Source: Octopus bimaculoides
Taxonomy: Eukaryota
Length of the DNA stretch: 64,000 nucleotides
Assembly (NCBI RefSeq): GCF_001194135.2
Contig: NC_068981.1
Span: 36,030,759 to 36,094,758 of the forward strand
Direction of reading: 5' to 3'
Shown: piece by piece, positions 39,091 through 51,094 of the stretch
Numbering within the stretch: position 1 is the first letter of the stretch
Layout of the letters: each line of letters starts with the position of its first letter
Notes under the pieces: generated by a model
The model's input: the letters and a program-made list of their open reading frames with translations, nothing else
Told to the model about the DNA's origin: nothing
Databases searched by the model: none
Program-made: the position numbers and the translations under genes

Positions 39091-40110
39091 TACCACCTTA
39101 TAGAAGCTCTTAGGTTGTGTTTGTAATGGCAATGATAGTGATGTTGTTGCTAATAGTTCATGGTAGTTATAGCAGTGATAGTGTTCATGGCAGTGGTTGC
39201 TGCAATACATCAAAAGCTACATTAAATGCAGGTGTAAAAATCTTTTGATAGTTACTTCATTTCCAGTACATCTGATATGCTAAATATTCTCCCCACAAAA
39301 AAAGATTTTCCACTTTACAGACTCATCCGAGTTAGTTATTTATTTTTATCTTCACTTCCAGTATTAATCATGTGTGTATGGCATGTATATACATGTATGT
39401 GTTTGTATATATGTCTATGCTTGTGCATGAGTAGGTCTGTATGTGAATATATGTAGAAATGTTTGTTTATACATGGATAGATATATTCATTTACAAATAT
39501 GTGTATGTATATATTTGAATTCATGCATGGATGTATAGTATGTATAAATGTACATATAAATGTGTGTGTGTGAGTACATGGATTTATATATGTGTATATA
39601 TACACACATATTACACACAAACATGCTCATTTATGAATTTATGAGTATATATATTTGTATAAATATTTCTAATTTTACTAAACACATATACAAATTTGTG
39701 CAGACATATATGAAATATATATATACATGCATACATACATACATACATATACTATACATGCATATATTATACATACATATATACATACATATGTGCATGT
39801 GTGTGTGTGTGTGTATGTGTGTGTGAATATATGTGTTGATTACAGTTACACACAAATACATAAATATGCACATGTAATATACTATATTTTCAACAATAGT
39901 ATAGCTTCTACTGTATATTGACTTAAATATACATACTGATCTGCATGATTAAGCTGTATTGCGTCCACTGATCATGACCACTGGTTCAATATCCTGTCAA
40001 AACACACACACACACACATTCACACAAAATTTACATTCACACACATCTATACAAATGACATCTGTATATCTAACATATTTGTGTACACAAACAGAGAGAG
40101 TGAGAAAGAG

Positions 40111-40151
<41 letters not shown>

Positions 40152-40503
40152 ACAAAACTGAAATAGAAAGGCATACACATACACACAGTTGTACATGATG
40201 ATGACAGATCCTGCTGAGTTTATATGATGAGTTATCACTTATATTTAGCTGGACATTCTATTGCTCAGTTTAAGTGGATGAGTATTCCACAGACGTGTGC
40301 ATCAGTATGATATTCTACATGACAAGCTGTTAATTTTGAATTAGCAGAACAGTACATCTGATATGCTTCATTGCAGTTTCTGTTTATCCCTTTCAGTCGC
40401 AAGGCATGGATAAAGAGGCTATGATAAAAACATACACATACATACGTACATCATATACGCATATGCACATATATATATACATATATGTATATGTATATAT
40501 GTA

Positions 40504-40737
40504 CAGGGCTGGCCAAAAGTCACCTGAGAGTAAATAAAAATTCCATAAATATTTAATATTCAATTTTATTTATTCATTCCAATTATGAATGTTTAATAAT
40601 TGAATGCTATGAGTTAAAATCACCGTTTTTTTTTTAACATTTGTCTATTTATAAGCAAAGTCTCATATAAAATAACTTTTTGTTTTAATCTTGGAATTAA
40701 ATGGTTTTGATTTACTGTCAGGTGACTTTGGCCAACC

Positions 40738-40740
<3 letters not shown>
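40504..40740. mobile_element. 237-bp Tc1/mariner-type MITE
   Basis: TA-CAGGGCTGGCCAAAAGTCACCTGA ... TCAGGTGACTTTGGCCAACCCTG-TA: about 24-bp TIRs, TA TSD, AT-rich non-coding interior. Confidence 0.88.
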
Positions 40741-40791
<51 letters not shown>

Positions 40792-40859
40792 CACACACGC
40801 ACATATTTATACACACATATATACACTTACATATACATATATACATACAGCTCTAAAAA

Positions 40860-41121
40860 TCATGCTAAAAGTAACTTCGCCTGTGCTAGTGCCATGTAAA
40901 AAGCACCGAGTCCACTCTGCAGGAGTGGTGTTAGGAAGGGCATCCAGCCGTAAAATCCATGGCAAAACAGACATAAGTAGCCTAGGGTAGTTTTTCTACC
41001 TGGCTGGCTCATGTCAACCGTCCTATTCATGCATGCATGGAAGATGGACGTTAAATGATGATGATACATATATACAGTCGAACCGTCCAACCCATGCTAG
41101 CATGGAAAACAAACGTTAAAC

Positions 41122-41154
<33 letters not shown>

Positions 41155-41290
41155 AATATATATATATATATATATATATATGGGTTGGACGGTTCGACTG
41201 GGGTCTGGGAAGCCAGGAGGCTGCACCAGGCTCCAGTTTGATCTAGCAGTGTTTCTACAGCTGGATGCCTTTCCTAATGCCAACCACCAT
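40860..41290. mobile_element. Cluster of SINE family D copies in opposite orientations
   Basis: A + copy ends at 41065; an inverted 3' end lies at 41075-41155; a - copy body lies at 41181-41290. Confidence 0.8.
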
Positions 41291-44200
41291 ATACATACTA
41301 ATGAATATTTATATGTGTGTGTGTGTGATTTTAGAACATATGTCTTAACAACTCATCATGCCTGGATCCATGTTGTACAACATGTACACTAATATAAAAG
41401 CTATTTAGTATTGCCATAATATGGTTTGGTTGAATATATGGAAATATACTCAGTTGATGATCCAAGTCAATGTCAAGAATTTTCACATTAATGTTCGAGT
41501 ATATTGCCACATTATTACTAACCCTTCACTGATACACAATCAGATTACTAGAAGTGCATGTTCAAGCTAACTTTGAATATTAGTTGATGTGGAGCAATAC
41601 TAGATCATACTGAGAAGCACTAGGGATAGGAGCGTGTAGTTATTTAGGTATGAAGGGAAGCAGTCTCTTGACCTGCTAGAATTAACCTTCCAAAGATCTC
41701 TATAAAATTACACTTCACTGTCTTAAAATCTATTCGTAAACATTGGTAGTCTTACTGTAAGGATTTTGATTACAAATCTGTCAGATCAAAGCTGTTTGAA
41801 CCAACAACAAGCACAATGTATATGCACATGTAGCTCTATGTATAAACATATGTACACTGTACATACATACATGCTTGCTTACATACATACATACATATAT
41901 ATATATACACAACATACATGCTTACTTTCATATATACATATACATATGTACATAAGAAGAAAATGTATGTACAAGTAATAGCATGATTAACAGTCACATT
42001 TGACCAACCCAAACCCACTTTGACAGAAATGATTTTTCACTGTCCATGAAAAACTTCCGTTATGATATGAACAACTTTCACATGAGAGACGAGAAAAAAA
42101 AAAGGAAGAAAAAGCAACTAAACATTATATATGTATGTATACTGCACATACATACATATAAATTATATATATATACATGTATATATATTTACATACATAA
42201 GATGCATACACACATATATGGTATCAGATATTTAACAAATATCTATAGATGAACCTTTCTTATCAAGTCTGACATTTGAAATTACCAGCATAGTGAAGGA
42301 AATTGCAAAAAGAACAAAAAAACTATAGGAATAAACATAATGATAAAGATAAATAAATTTTTAAAAAAGTATGTTAAAGAAGCAAAAGTACACTTACATA
42401 CATGCAAAGATAAGCAACACACATACAAAAAGCTTTAACTCCTTTTCACATGAGAAAACGATATTAAGATGATAGATAGGTTACAATTGAACAACTATTA
42501 AGCTCTCAACCAGTGAATAAAAATACCAAAAAAATATTACTGAAATAAAAAAGGATGGAACAAAACACACTAAAGAAAAATAAACAACACCAAAAAAATA
42601 ATGTAAATAGCAGTGGACAAGAGATATCTCATTCATTTCATTTCGTTATGCCAGAATTTGTGTTCATAAGAACAGTAACATTGATATCATATATAAAATA
42701 GCAAGCTATTACATTAGATATATGCTGTGTATTTTATTAATTTTTTTTTTCTATTTTTAGTTTTCTTAATTTCTTTTTTGAATAGTTTAAATGAATATAT
42801 ATTTATCTAGTGTTCTATTAAATGAGATACTCTGTTATTTAGTTTTATCATTCTATGTTTTGAGTTCAAGACTCACTCTGGCCAATTTTAATCTTTCAGT
42901 ATAATAAATGTGATGGAGTCAATGAAAATTGCCTATAAAGCTAACATTCTTCTAGGAATTAATCTTCTGCTTGAATCAAGAGAAATCAATACTTTAAATA
43001 AATACCAGTTATGTTTTAGGAATCAATTCAATCAACCACTATGCTTCTTTACAAATTTCTAGCCCTACGCTGTAAAAATAAGAACTATCATATTTCATAC
43101 TCTTATTGCTTTTAATACTGCTACTGGTTATCATCTGGTCAGCTGTTGTTAAGCCGACCAATGTCACCATTTAACCATGTGGAAACAACTCTTGAGTATT
43201 ATGTGCAAGATATGATATCCCTTAGCCTAATACACGACCCAGTAAGATGAAAAAATAAGAATCATAACATAGAGCTATGATAGAAGTAAGTAGTCAGCAA
43301 ACCACACCATAACATAGTGAATACTGTCCTTATTTTTGACTATGGACAAGATATTTATATTTGTCCAACATCTATAATGCACATATGTATTGTCTTTTGT
43401 TTCCTATTTCATTTATATTACCTCAAGGAACCTGAGGATTATTTTCTAACAGGATCTCTAATATTAGTAGGAAGAAGGGAATAAGGGAGGAAGTTATAAG
43501 AATGAAAACCAACAATGAATATGTGCAATATAATGTATTCCACTGAAGACATTCATGGTCTAGATCACTGGATTACGTCTGCTACCCAAATACTAAAATA
43601 CCTCTCAAACAAGCTTCTGTTAGTTTACATTTACCAGTCTTCACTCACAAAGCTTTGGTAGATCCAAAGCTATTGTAGAAGACACTTTTCCAAGGTGCCA
43701 TGCAGTGGGATTGAACCCATAGCCATGCAACTGCAAAGGAAACATCTCCACACACCTCTTTTCATATCTATACTTAGATTTGATGAAACATTTATTTTTC
43801 TTTGTAAATATTTTGGTGCATTCTATTTGATGATTGACCAACCATCTGGTTTGTCCGGTCTCTGATTGGTACTACATATTGATTCTACTATAACAGTATA
43901 CCTTACAGAGAAATAGTATCTTTTTAATAAATTAGAGCAACTATTGACTATATTGGTTATGTATCACAGAAAATCTTGATGCAGTCAACATTTTCTACCA
44001 CTTGCCTGAGGCTTACAAGTTTGTCTACTTACACACACAAACATGTGTGTATGTATGTGTGTATGTGCACATATGTATGCATATAGAAACAAATGTTTTT
44101 ACGTATACAGTCAGTATCTGTAAATTCTGTGACTACATAAAAATGTATTTGTGCACATGCATGTGTATGCATGTATATGTGTGTATATATATGTACATAT

Positions 44201-45929
44201 ATATACACACACACACACCTATATCCACACACACATATGTACATACACACACTCACATGATCATGCAGTGGCCTCATTTGATATCTAATAAACCAGCTAG
44301 TGTGTGTATAAATCATGCTACTAAATTATAAAGTAGATTTTCTCCCATTGCAACATGGCTGCCACCAGAAATAATTGAACCAACCAATCTTAATCACAAT
44401 GAATTGTAAATGCTTAGTGAAGAGATTAATGTTTCATACCCAGGAAATGTGTGATTCCTATGTAGACACATTGTCTTTGAGGTCCTTCCTGGCACTTATA
44501 GATTTTTATGCTTTTAAGTGCGAATATGTGTGCATGTGTGTGTTTATTTTTATCTATGTATAGTTCCATGTGACTATCTATATGTGTGTGTTTGTCTATT
44601 ACTATGGGAATATTACTGTTATATGAATGTGTGTATGTTATTTACGTAGATCTGATCATATGTCTATTTAAAAGTGTACATGTATATGTATGTATTTGAG
44701 AAGTAAAGAAAGAGGTAGAGAGAGAGAGAGAAGGTAAGAGAGAGGGAGAGGGAGATAGAGAGAAAGATAAAGAGAGAGAGAGAGAGAAAAGGGGAATTTG
44801 CTATTTATGCATGTATGTACTAGTACAGTTAATGTACAACAGCTTTTTTCTCCCCCATTTCCTGTCTAATACTTAATCTTTTCCAACTAATGAATAAAAC
44901 AACAGCATTAATTTGTTTAATGTTTTTTATGGTGATCGATCAAAAGCAATTACAGTGGTTGAGGGATTAAGCTACTGGATTACTTCTCCAAGTGACAAGA
45001 GTTCACACCCTATCATAAGTTTTGCTCAGTACACAAACTATGGCATTATTTTTACCACATCTATTGAATTGAGTAGCTGGTGTTTAGGAGGGCATCCAGC
45101 TATAAAATATCTATTCCAACAATTTCTAAATCCCCACAAAATGCTATAGATGTCAAGCAATTTATTTCCATATATTACTGTTGTGTAGCTAAGCTTTAGT
45201 CAAGTAGAACTATGGTCAAAGGCATCACAGCAATTACCATTTATCTCTCTGTTTCTCTCTCTCACATTTTTTTTGCTTTTTTTTGTTTTCCATATCTACA
45301 ATTACACTGTAAAATGTGCCCTTTTTTTAAAAATGGTAGCATGAAATTTGAGGGAATTTGGTTGTTAATAGTAAGGAGATTGAGTGACTCAGTGCAGGAT
45401 TCTTTGATGGGTCAATCTCTATGTGATTTAAAAAGGTGAATCTTGCATCCTGAAACAGCTTCACTTTGGCTTTCTCACACAAGGTCAAAGGAACCTGGAT
45501 ATCTCCTATTTCAAAAACTGATTTGAAGACAGTATCTAGTATCGGAGCATGACACCTCAAACTACTAAAATCTTTTGCCAATAACAATACTAGTTACTGT
45601 GCAGCAACTTTGGTGAGTTATGTTGAAGCAGGTTTATTACTGTTAGAGAGAAGAGAGAGGCTATAGTATAGAAACTTCTGATAGGGACTGTCTTGTATCA
45701 CAACTGGCCTTGTGTAAGCAGTTCGTATGTAAGCTACATCTCGATCCATTAGAAATATAACTGTCTGTATCACCTTTTTAACTAGCACTAGACCACTAGC
45801 CTAATACATAACATCATAATAAATGTTTACCTTTCGTGTGTATAATAGCTTTATGATGATGTTATTGTAACAAACTAATGAAGATAATAATTTCTTACAG
45901 AGATGTACAAGTGAGAGGTTTAGCTGATT

Positions 45930-46165
45930 GCATCAACCTCAGTATTTGATTAATACTTTATTTTATCAACCACAGAAGGATGAAAGACAAAGTTGACTTC
46001 AGTAGAATTTGAACTCAGAATGTAAAGAACTGGAACAAATACCACAAAGTTTTTTTTCCAATGCTCAAACCCCAAATTGACCACTGTATTTGACTGGTAC
46101 TATATCTAATTGAGCTCAGAAAGATGAAAGGCTGAGTGGAATTATCAGGATTTGAACTCTGGACA
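45930..46165 (-). mobile_element. Two tandem old SINE family C fragments
   Basis: AGGATGAAAGACAAAGTTGACTTCAGTAGAATTTGAACTCAGAATG and AGATGAAAGGCTGAG...GATTTGAACTCTGGAC. Further fragments at 25790-25960, 29840-29940, 37030-37330 and 61060-61210. Confidence 0.7.
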
Positions 46166-46447
46166 TAAAAAGCCTGCAGAAAGGAAGAAGGAGAATGAAA
46201 ATGAGAAGAAATGATGATGACAAGATATTTAAGCAAGAAACTTCAGATTCTGAAACCACACACACACACACACACTTTATACTATAAGTAATTAAAGCCA
46301 AAAATATTACAATAAGCATGTCTTATCAAAAGTAGGAATTGAAACTGAGTAGCAATCTCAGTGTACTAAAAAACTCAAGCTTATATGACAACCAAAACAG
46401 GTAAGTTACTACAACTGCACAACAAATCACTGTGTGCTTGTGTTTGT

Positions 46448-46692
46448 TTAACCCTTTCACTTAATACAGGACTTTTGTTGCAGACTTCTGAATCAAATTT
46501 ATTTGATTTACCAACAACAGGATGCTGTATTTGACAACAGGCAAATAAGATTTGTTCAAATTTTCATAAATGGTAAAAGAATAAAAAGGAAAAAAATGTA
46601 AGAGACATTTTTGAGACCATCTTAAACTGACATATTTTATCCCGGCATGATGCAGATCTAGGCTGCAGATAATGCTGTACTGAGAGGGTTAA
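46448..46692. mobile_element. piggyBac-type MITE candidate
   Basis: TTAA-CCCTTTCAC ... CTGAGAGGG-TTAA: TTAA duplication with short imperfect CCCT-starting TIRs; 237-bp body. Confidence 0.5.
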
Positions 46693-46990
46693 AGACCATG
46701 ACATATGTCACATAAGACTTTATATATTCCTTGTTATTCTCACTTCATTAAAATACAAACAGAAGAGGACAAACATGCACAAAATTTTTAAATGTGTATG
46801 TATGTATATGTATACACAAACACACACACATGTATACATATATATGCACAGACATATACACACACACATTTTCATACTTTCAGTGAAAATTGTTGCTATT
46901 CATTGCCTCTCATGCTTTATCGCTTTATCTTTCTGTCATGTTTCTCTCCTTCAGCCCATTGTTGTTTCTTCACAGTCTGTCTGTCTGCCG

Positions 46991-47042
<52 letters not shown>

Positions 47043-48302
47043 TTTGTCTTTTCTTTCATTCAAAGCAAACATGTATTTCTGTTGCCGGTACTGGAAGTGC
47101 TGAGAATAAATGTCAGAGCTATATGAAACCTGTTCTTTCTTACAGAAAACATTTTAAAATGTTGGTCTCAACTCCATAGTTATTTTCATTTATATTTTGT
47201 ATCATTCAATTTTTTTTTCCCTATGGTGTTCTGTTTTCAAATATATATATACAAACATATAGAATAATCTGTATATATATACATATATACATACATGTGT
47301 GTGTGTATGTGTGTGTGTGCACATATATCTTCTGATATATACGTATATATACATATATATCTACATGAATGTATATATACATATATTAATTTATACATAA
47401 ATATTTATATCCGCACACATAATGTGTATATATGTATCTATGTATATAAACAAGTTTGTTTGTAAGTAAATATCCGTATACTTGTATGTAAAAACTTACA
47501 TGTGTTTGTAAACATGTATTTATATGTAGATATATACATATTTCTATCATTGAAATTTCTGTAAGCAAATATATATAGGCGTATTTGTCTGTAAACACAC
47601 ACACACACACACACAAGCATATCTGCATAGGTGTTTGCATCCACAAAAATATTTGTGAATATAAATCAATATGTGTGTGTGTGAATATAATGAAAATGTA
47701 AATAAACAAAATCAATTCTGTAATTTTTTTTTGTAATTTCTTTAAATTCGTCCATTTGTTGCATTAGTTTGTCTGTCATGATCTACAGAGGTCTTGAAGA
47801 TATAGCTTATTTGAACAAATCACTTAATGAACTGCTTTAAACTGAAATCTTTATAAACAGTGTTGTTGTCAAATGCAGACAGATCCAAGACTTAAGACTG
47901 TGAAGTTCAGTAGAGCTCTCATTCTATAGAATCACACCAGTAAACATCAAAAGAAAGCATACATAATATGAAGCAATAAAAAACAATATTCTTCTTGTGT
48001 TTAGGTAGACTGTACATGAACTTCTAACATCATCAGCGACAGTAATAATGAGATTAATTTAATGAATTACCACACATCAGAATCAATACAAACAGTAGAA
48101 CAACAACAATGATAATAATAATGCTGCTGATAATGATGATGATGATGACAATGATGATGATTCCTTGTGTGTTCTTCAATTGTCATTGGGACACATGCAT
48201 GCACACAATAAACATTACTATGTATTTTTAAACAGTTGATTGCAAAATAAAAAAAAGGATATTTAGAAATTTCATCTAAATCCAACGTCTTTAATATATA
48301 TA

Positions 48303-48368
<66 letters not shown>

Positions 48369-48892
48369 NNNNNNNNNNNNNNNNNNNNNNNNNNNNNNNN
48401 NNNNNNNNNNNNNNNNNNNNNNNNNNNNNNNNNNNNNNNNNNNNNNNNNNNNNNNNNNNNNNNNNNNNNNNNNNNNNNNNNNNNNNNNNNNNNNNNNNNN
48501 NNNNNNNNNNNNNNNNNNNNNNNNNNNNNNNNNNNNNNNNNNNNNNNGGGGGGGGGGTGAGAATAACAGTAGAGCAAAGAAGCTCAATAAATTCAAGAAT
48601 TCTCTTTTTCTGGTGGTTTTTGCTCTTTCATATCCACTAAATTAATACTAAAGTAAAATTGATGAAAATATTGCATTATACAGAAAATAATGAGTTATTG
48701 CTATCCAAGATATAGTTTTACAATTTTGTTTTGATGTAGGTTCTGAGGAGTCAAAAGACAGAACACTAATAAAATATTCTTGAATTTGTTGAACTTTATT
48801 CTTTAACAAGTAGGGATCCATAGGAATTCCATAATTTTTATTTCTATTTTGATGCATAAATTTGTAGATCATTGTTATATTATTTCATGGTA

Positions 48893-49116
48893 TTAACCCT
48901 TTTGTTATCATGTTTCTGTTGAAATACATAGTCTTTACTTCAATTGATTTTGAAAATAATATAGAATTTATTAAAATAATTGTCATTATTAAGCTGGTGT
49001 TTGAAACATAAATTAGCATGAAATTCTGATGGATAGTTTTAATTAAGGCCATTTTAAAAGAGTTTGTATCATAAAACTCAGAGTGGTTTCTGGTAGTATG
49101 GTATGAAAAAGGTTAA
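48893..49116. mobile_element. piggyBac-type MITE
   Basis: TTAA-CCCTTTTGTTATC ... GGTATGAAAAAGG-TTAA: TTAA TSD with about 13-bp imperfect TIRs. Confidence 0.65.
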
Positions 49117-49429
49117 ATATTCTAATTACATCATTAATTGTATTCCAGTGTTTGGGTCATTTAATGTGTAACGCTTCAAAATTGTTTCATTACTTTAACT
49201 ATTGCAGTTATACCATTCTTTCATACCAAAGTTAAAAACGCTGTAAGTATAACACATAAATCATGTTAAACATTTTGATTATGGTTTTCATTTTGTTTCA
49301 GAGTAATGGAAGTTTAAAGTGTAATACAGTTCACCTTAAGAGGATGCAATAAATGAACACTGAGTATGTAAATACAAGTAAGAAGGATAAAACAGAGAGT
49401 GTTCTTTATAATTATAACAGCCAGCATCA

Positions 49430-49981
49430 CACATCTGGTTATTCATACTTCATGCTTCTGATGATTGGATTGGATATGAAGTGCAGTGAAAAAGACTTCT
49501 TGAGAAGCAAGAAGGATGTCCAACATACATCTAACAAGCTTCATGACATCAAGCTATCAGGTGTCTCAAAGTCAACAAGGCTAGCATTTTTCAAAGCATC
49601 TTAATGGAGCAGAAAGCTGCTCAATGATGAAGAAAGCTTAAGACTGCCTTTGTGGTATATACATGAAGGTAGCCACAAGATCAAAGAGGAGATTTATAGA
49701 CACATTCTATCCATCACTATTATTATTACTCAATGCAGAGTATGCTTTATTGGTCACTGCTATTGTACTGAACATGAAATCATATCAGATGTTATATTTT
49801 GCAGACATCTGCACCCTAATAGGGGACAAAAACCAATCAACTATTATGTTATTAGCTGACAACACAGCATGAAACTGAAGATCTACCAAAGTTAATACTA
49901 GACAAAGATTCCAGGCATAGCATGGTGGAATGCATCTCAGTTGCAGCTGCTTGAAGAAGAAATCATACATATACATTATAC

Positions 49982-49990
<9 letters not shown>
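49430..49990 (+). mobile_element. RTE-X-like LINE 3' remnant
   Basis: Frames give SEKDF...NKLHDIKLSGVSKSTRLAFFKAS and RVCFIGHCYCTEHEIISDVIF...RGQKPINY, matching the post-RT SSEKD...WxSxLSR..KLxFF and RxxFAGHCxR motifs. Ends in a microsatellite. Confidence 0.7.
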
Positions 49991-50018
<28 letters not shown>

Positions 50019-50488
50019 NNNNNNNNNNNNNNNNNNNNNNNNNNNNNNNNNNNNNNNNNNNNNNNNNNNNNNNNNNNNNNNNNNNNNNNNNNNNNNNNNN
50101 NNNNNNNNNNNNNNNNNNNNNNNNNNNNNNNNNNNNNNNNNNNNNNNNNNNNNNNNNNNNNNNNNNNNNNNNNNNNNNNNNNNNNNNNNNNNNNNNNNNN
50201 NNNNNNNNNNNNNNNNNNNNNNNTCCGATCTTATATATATAAACATTGTCAAACTGTCCCTATGTGAATAAACACTTTGTGGTGATATTGATAATTAGTC
50301 TATCATGCCAAAATGAATTAGTGAGATTGCTCAATAAAAATGAAAATTTATTAAGTTTAGAGTGATTAATTAGTTAAAACTATGAGACAGTCTAAAACAA
50401 AGTCTAGTTGCATAGAAATAAATTATCTACTGTAAATGTGTGTGTATGTATGTATGTATGTATGTATGTATGTATGCATGTATGTATA

Positions 50489-50531
<43 letters not shown>

Positions 50532-51063
50532 ATGTATAAGTATGACTGTGAAATTAGGTCTGCTTAGACACCACATGCTTTCTGGTCCAGTTCCATTGAA
50601 ATCCAAAACAAAGCCTTGTGAAGGAATATATGTGTATATAATACACTCACACACACAAAAATATATACCCATGCACACACTCAGTACATAAAAATGCATG
50701 TAAATTAGTATGTGTATATATATATATATATATATCTAGCATACAATAGTATCATAATAAAACCATCAGTATGTTGAAAGATTGGGCACTGAATCAATAG
50801 TGTTCCAGACAATCATCTTAGAGGTTAGTGCATCATATACTGTAGTTGAAACTGCACATATCCAGAGCTAAGACACTGCTGTTTCAAATGTAAAGAAACA
50901 ATAAGTATTTGTAAAATTTATGTCTCTTCCAGTTTCCTTAATGTGTCATCTTTAACTCTTATTTTTGGAACTTATTCATCGAGATTCTATTGCGTCATCA
51001 CAAACCAATATATATTTTTCTACACATGCACATTTATATAATTACACACACACACATTCATAT

Positions 51064-51094
<31 letters not shown>

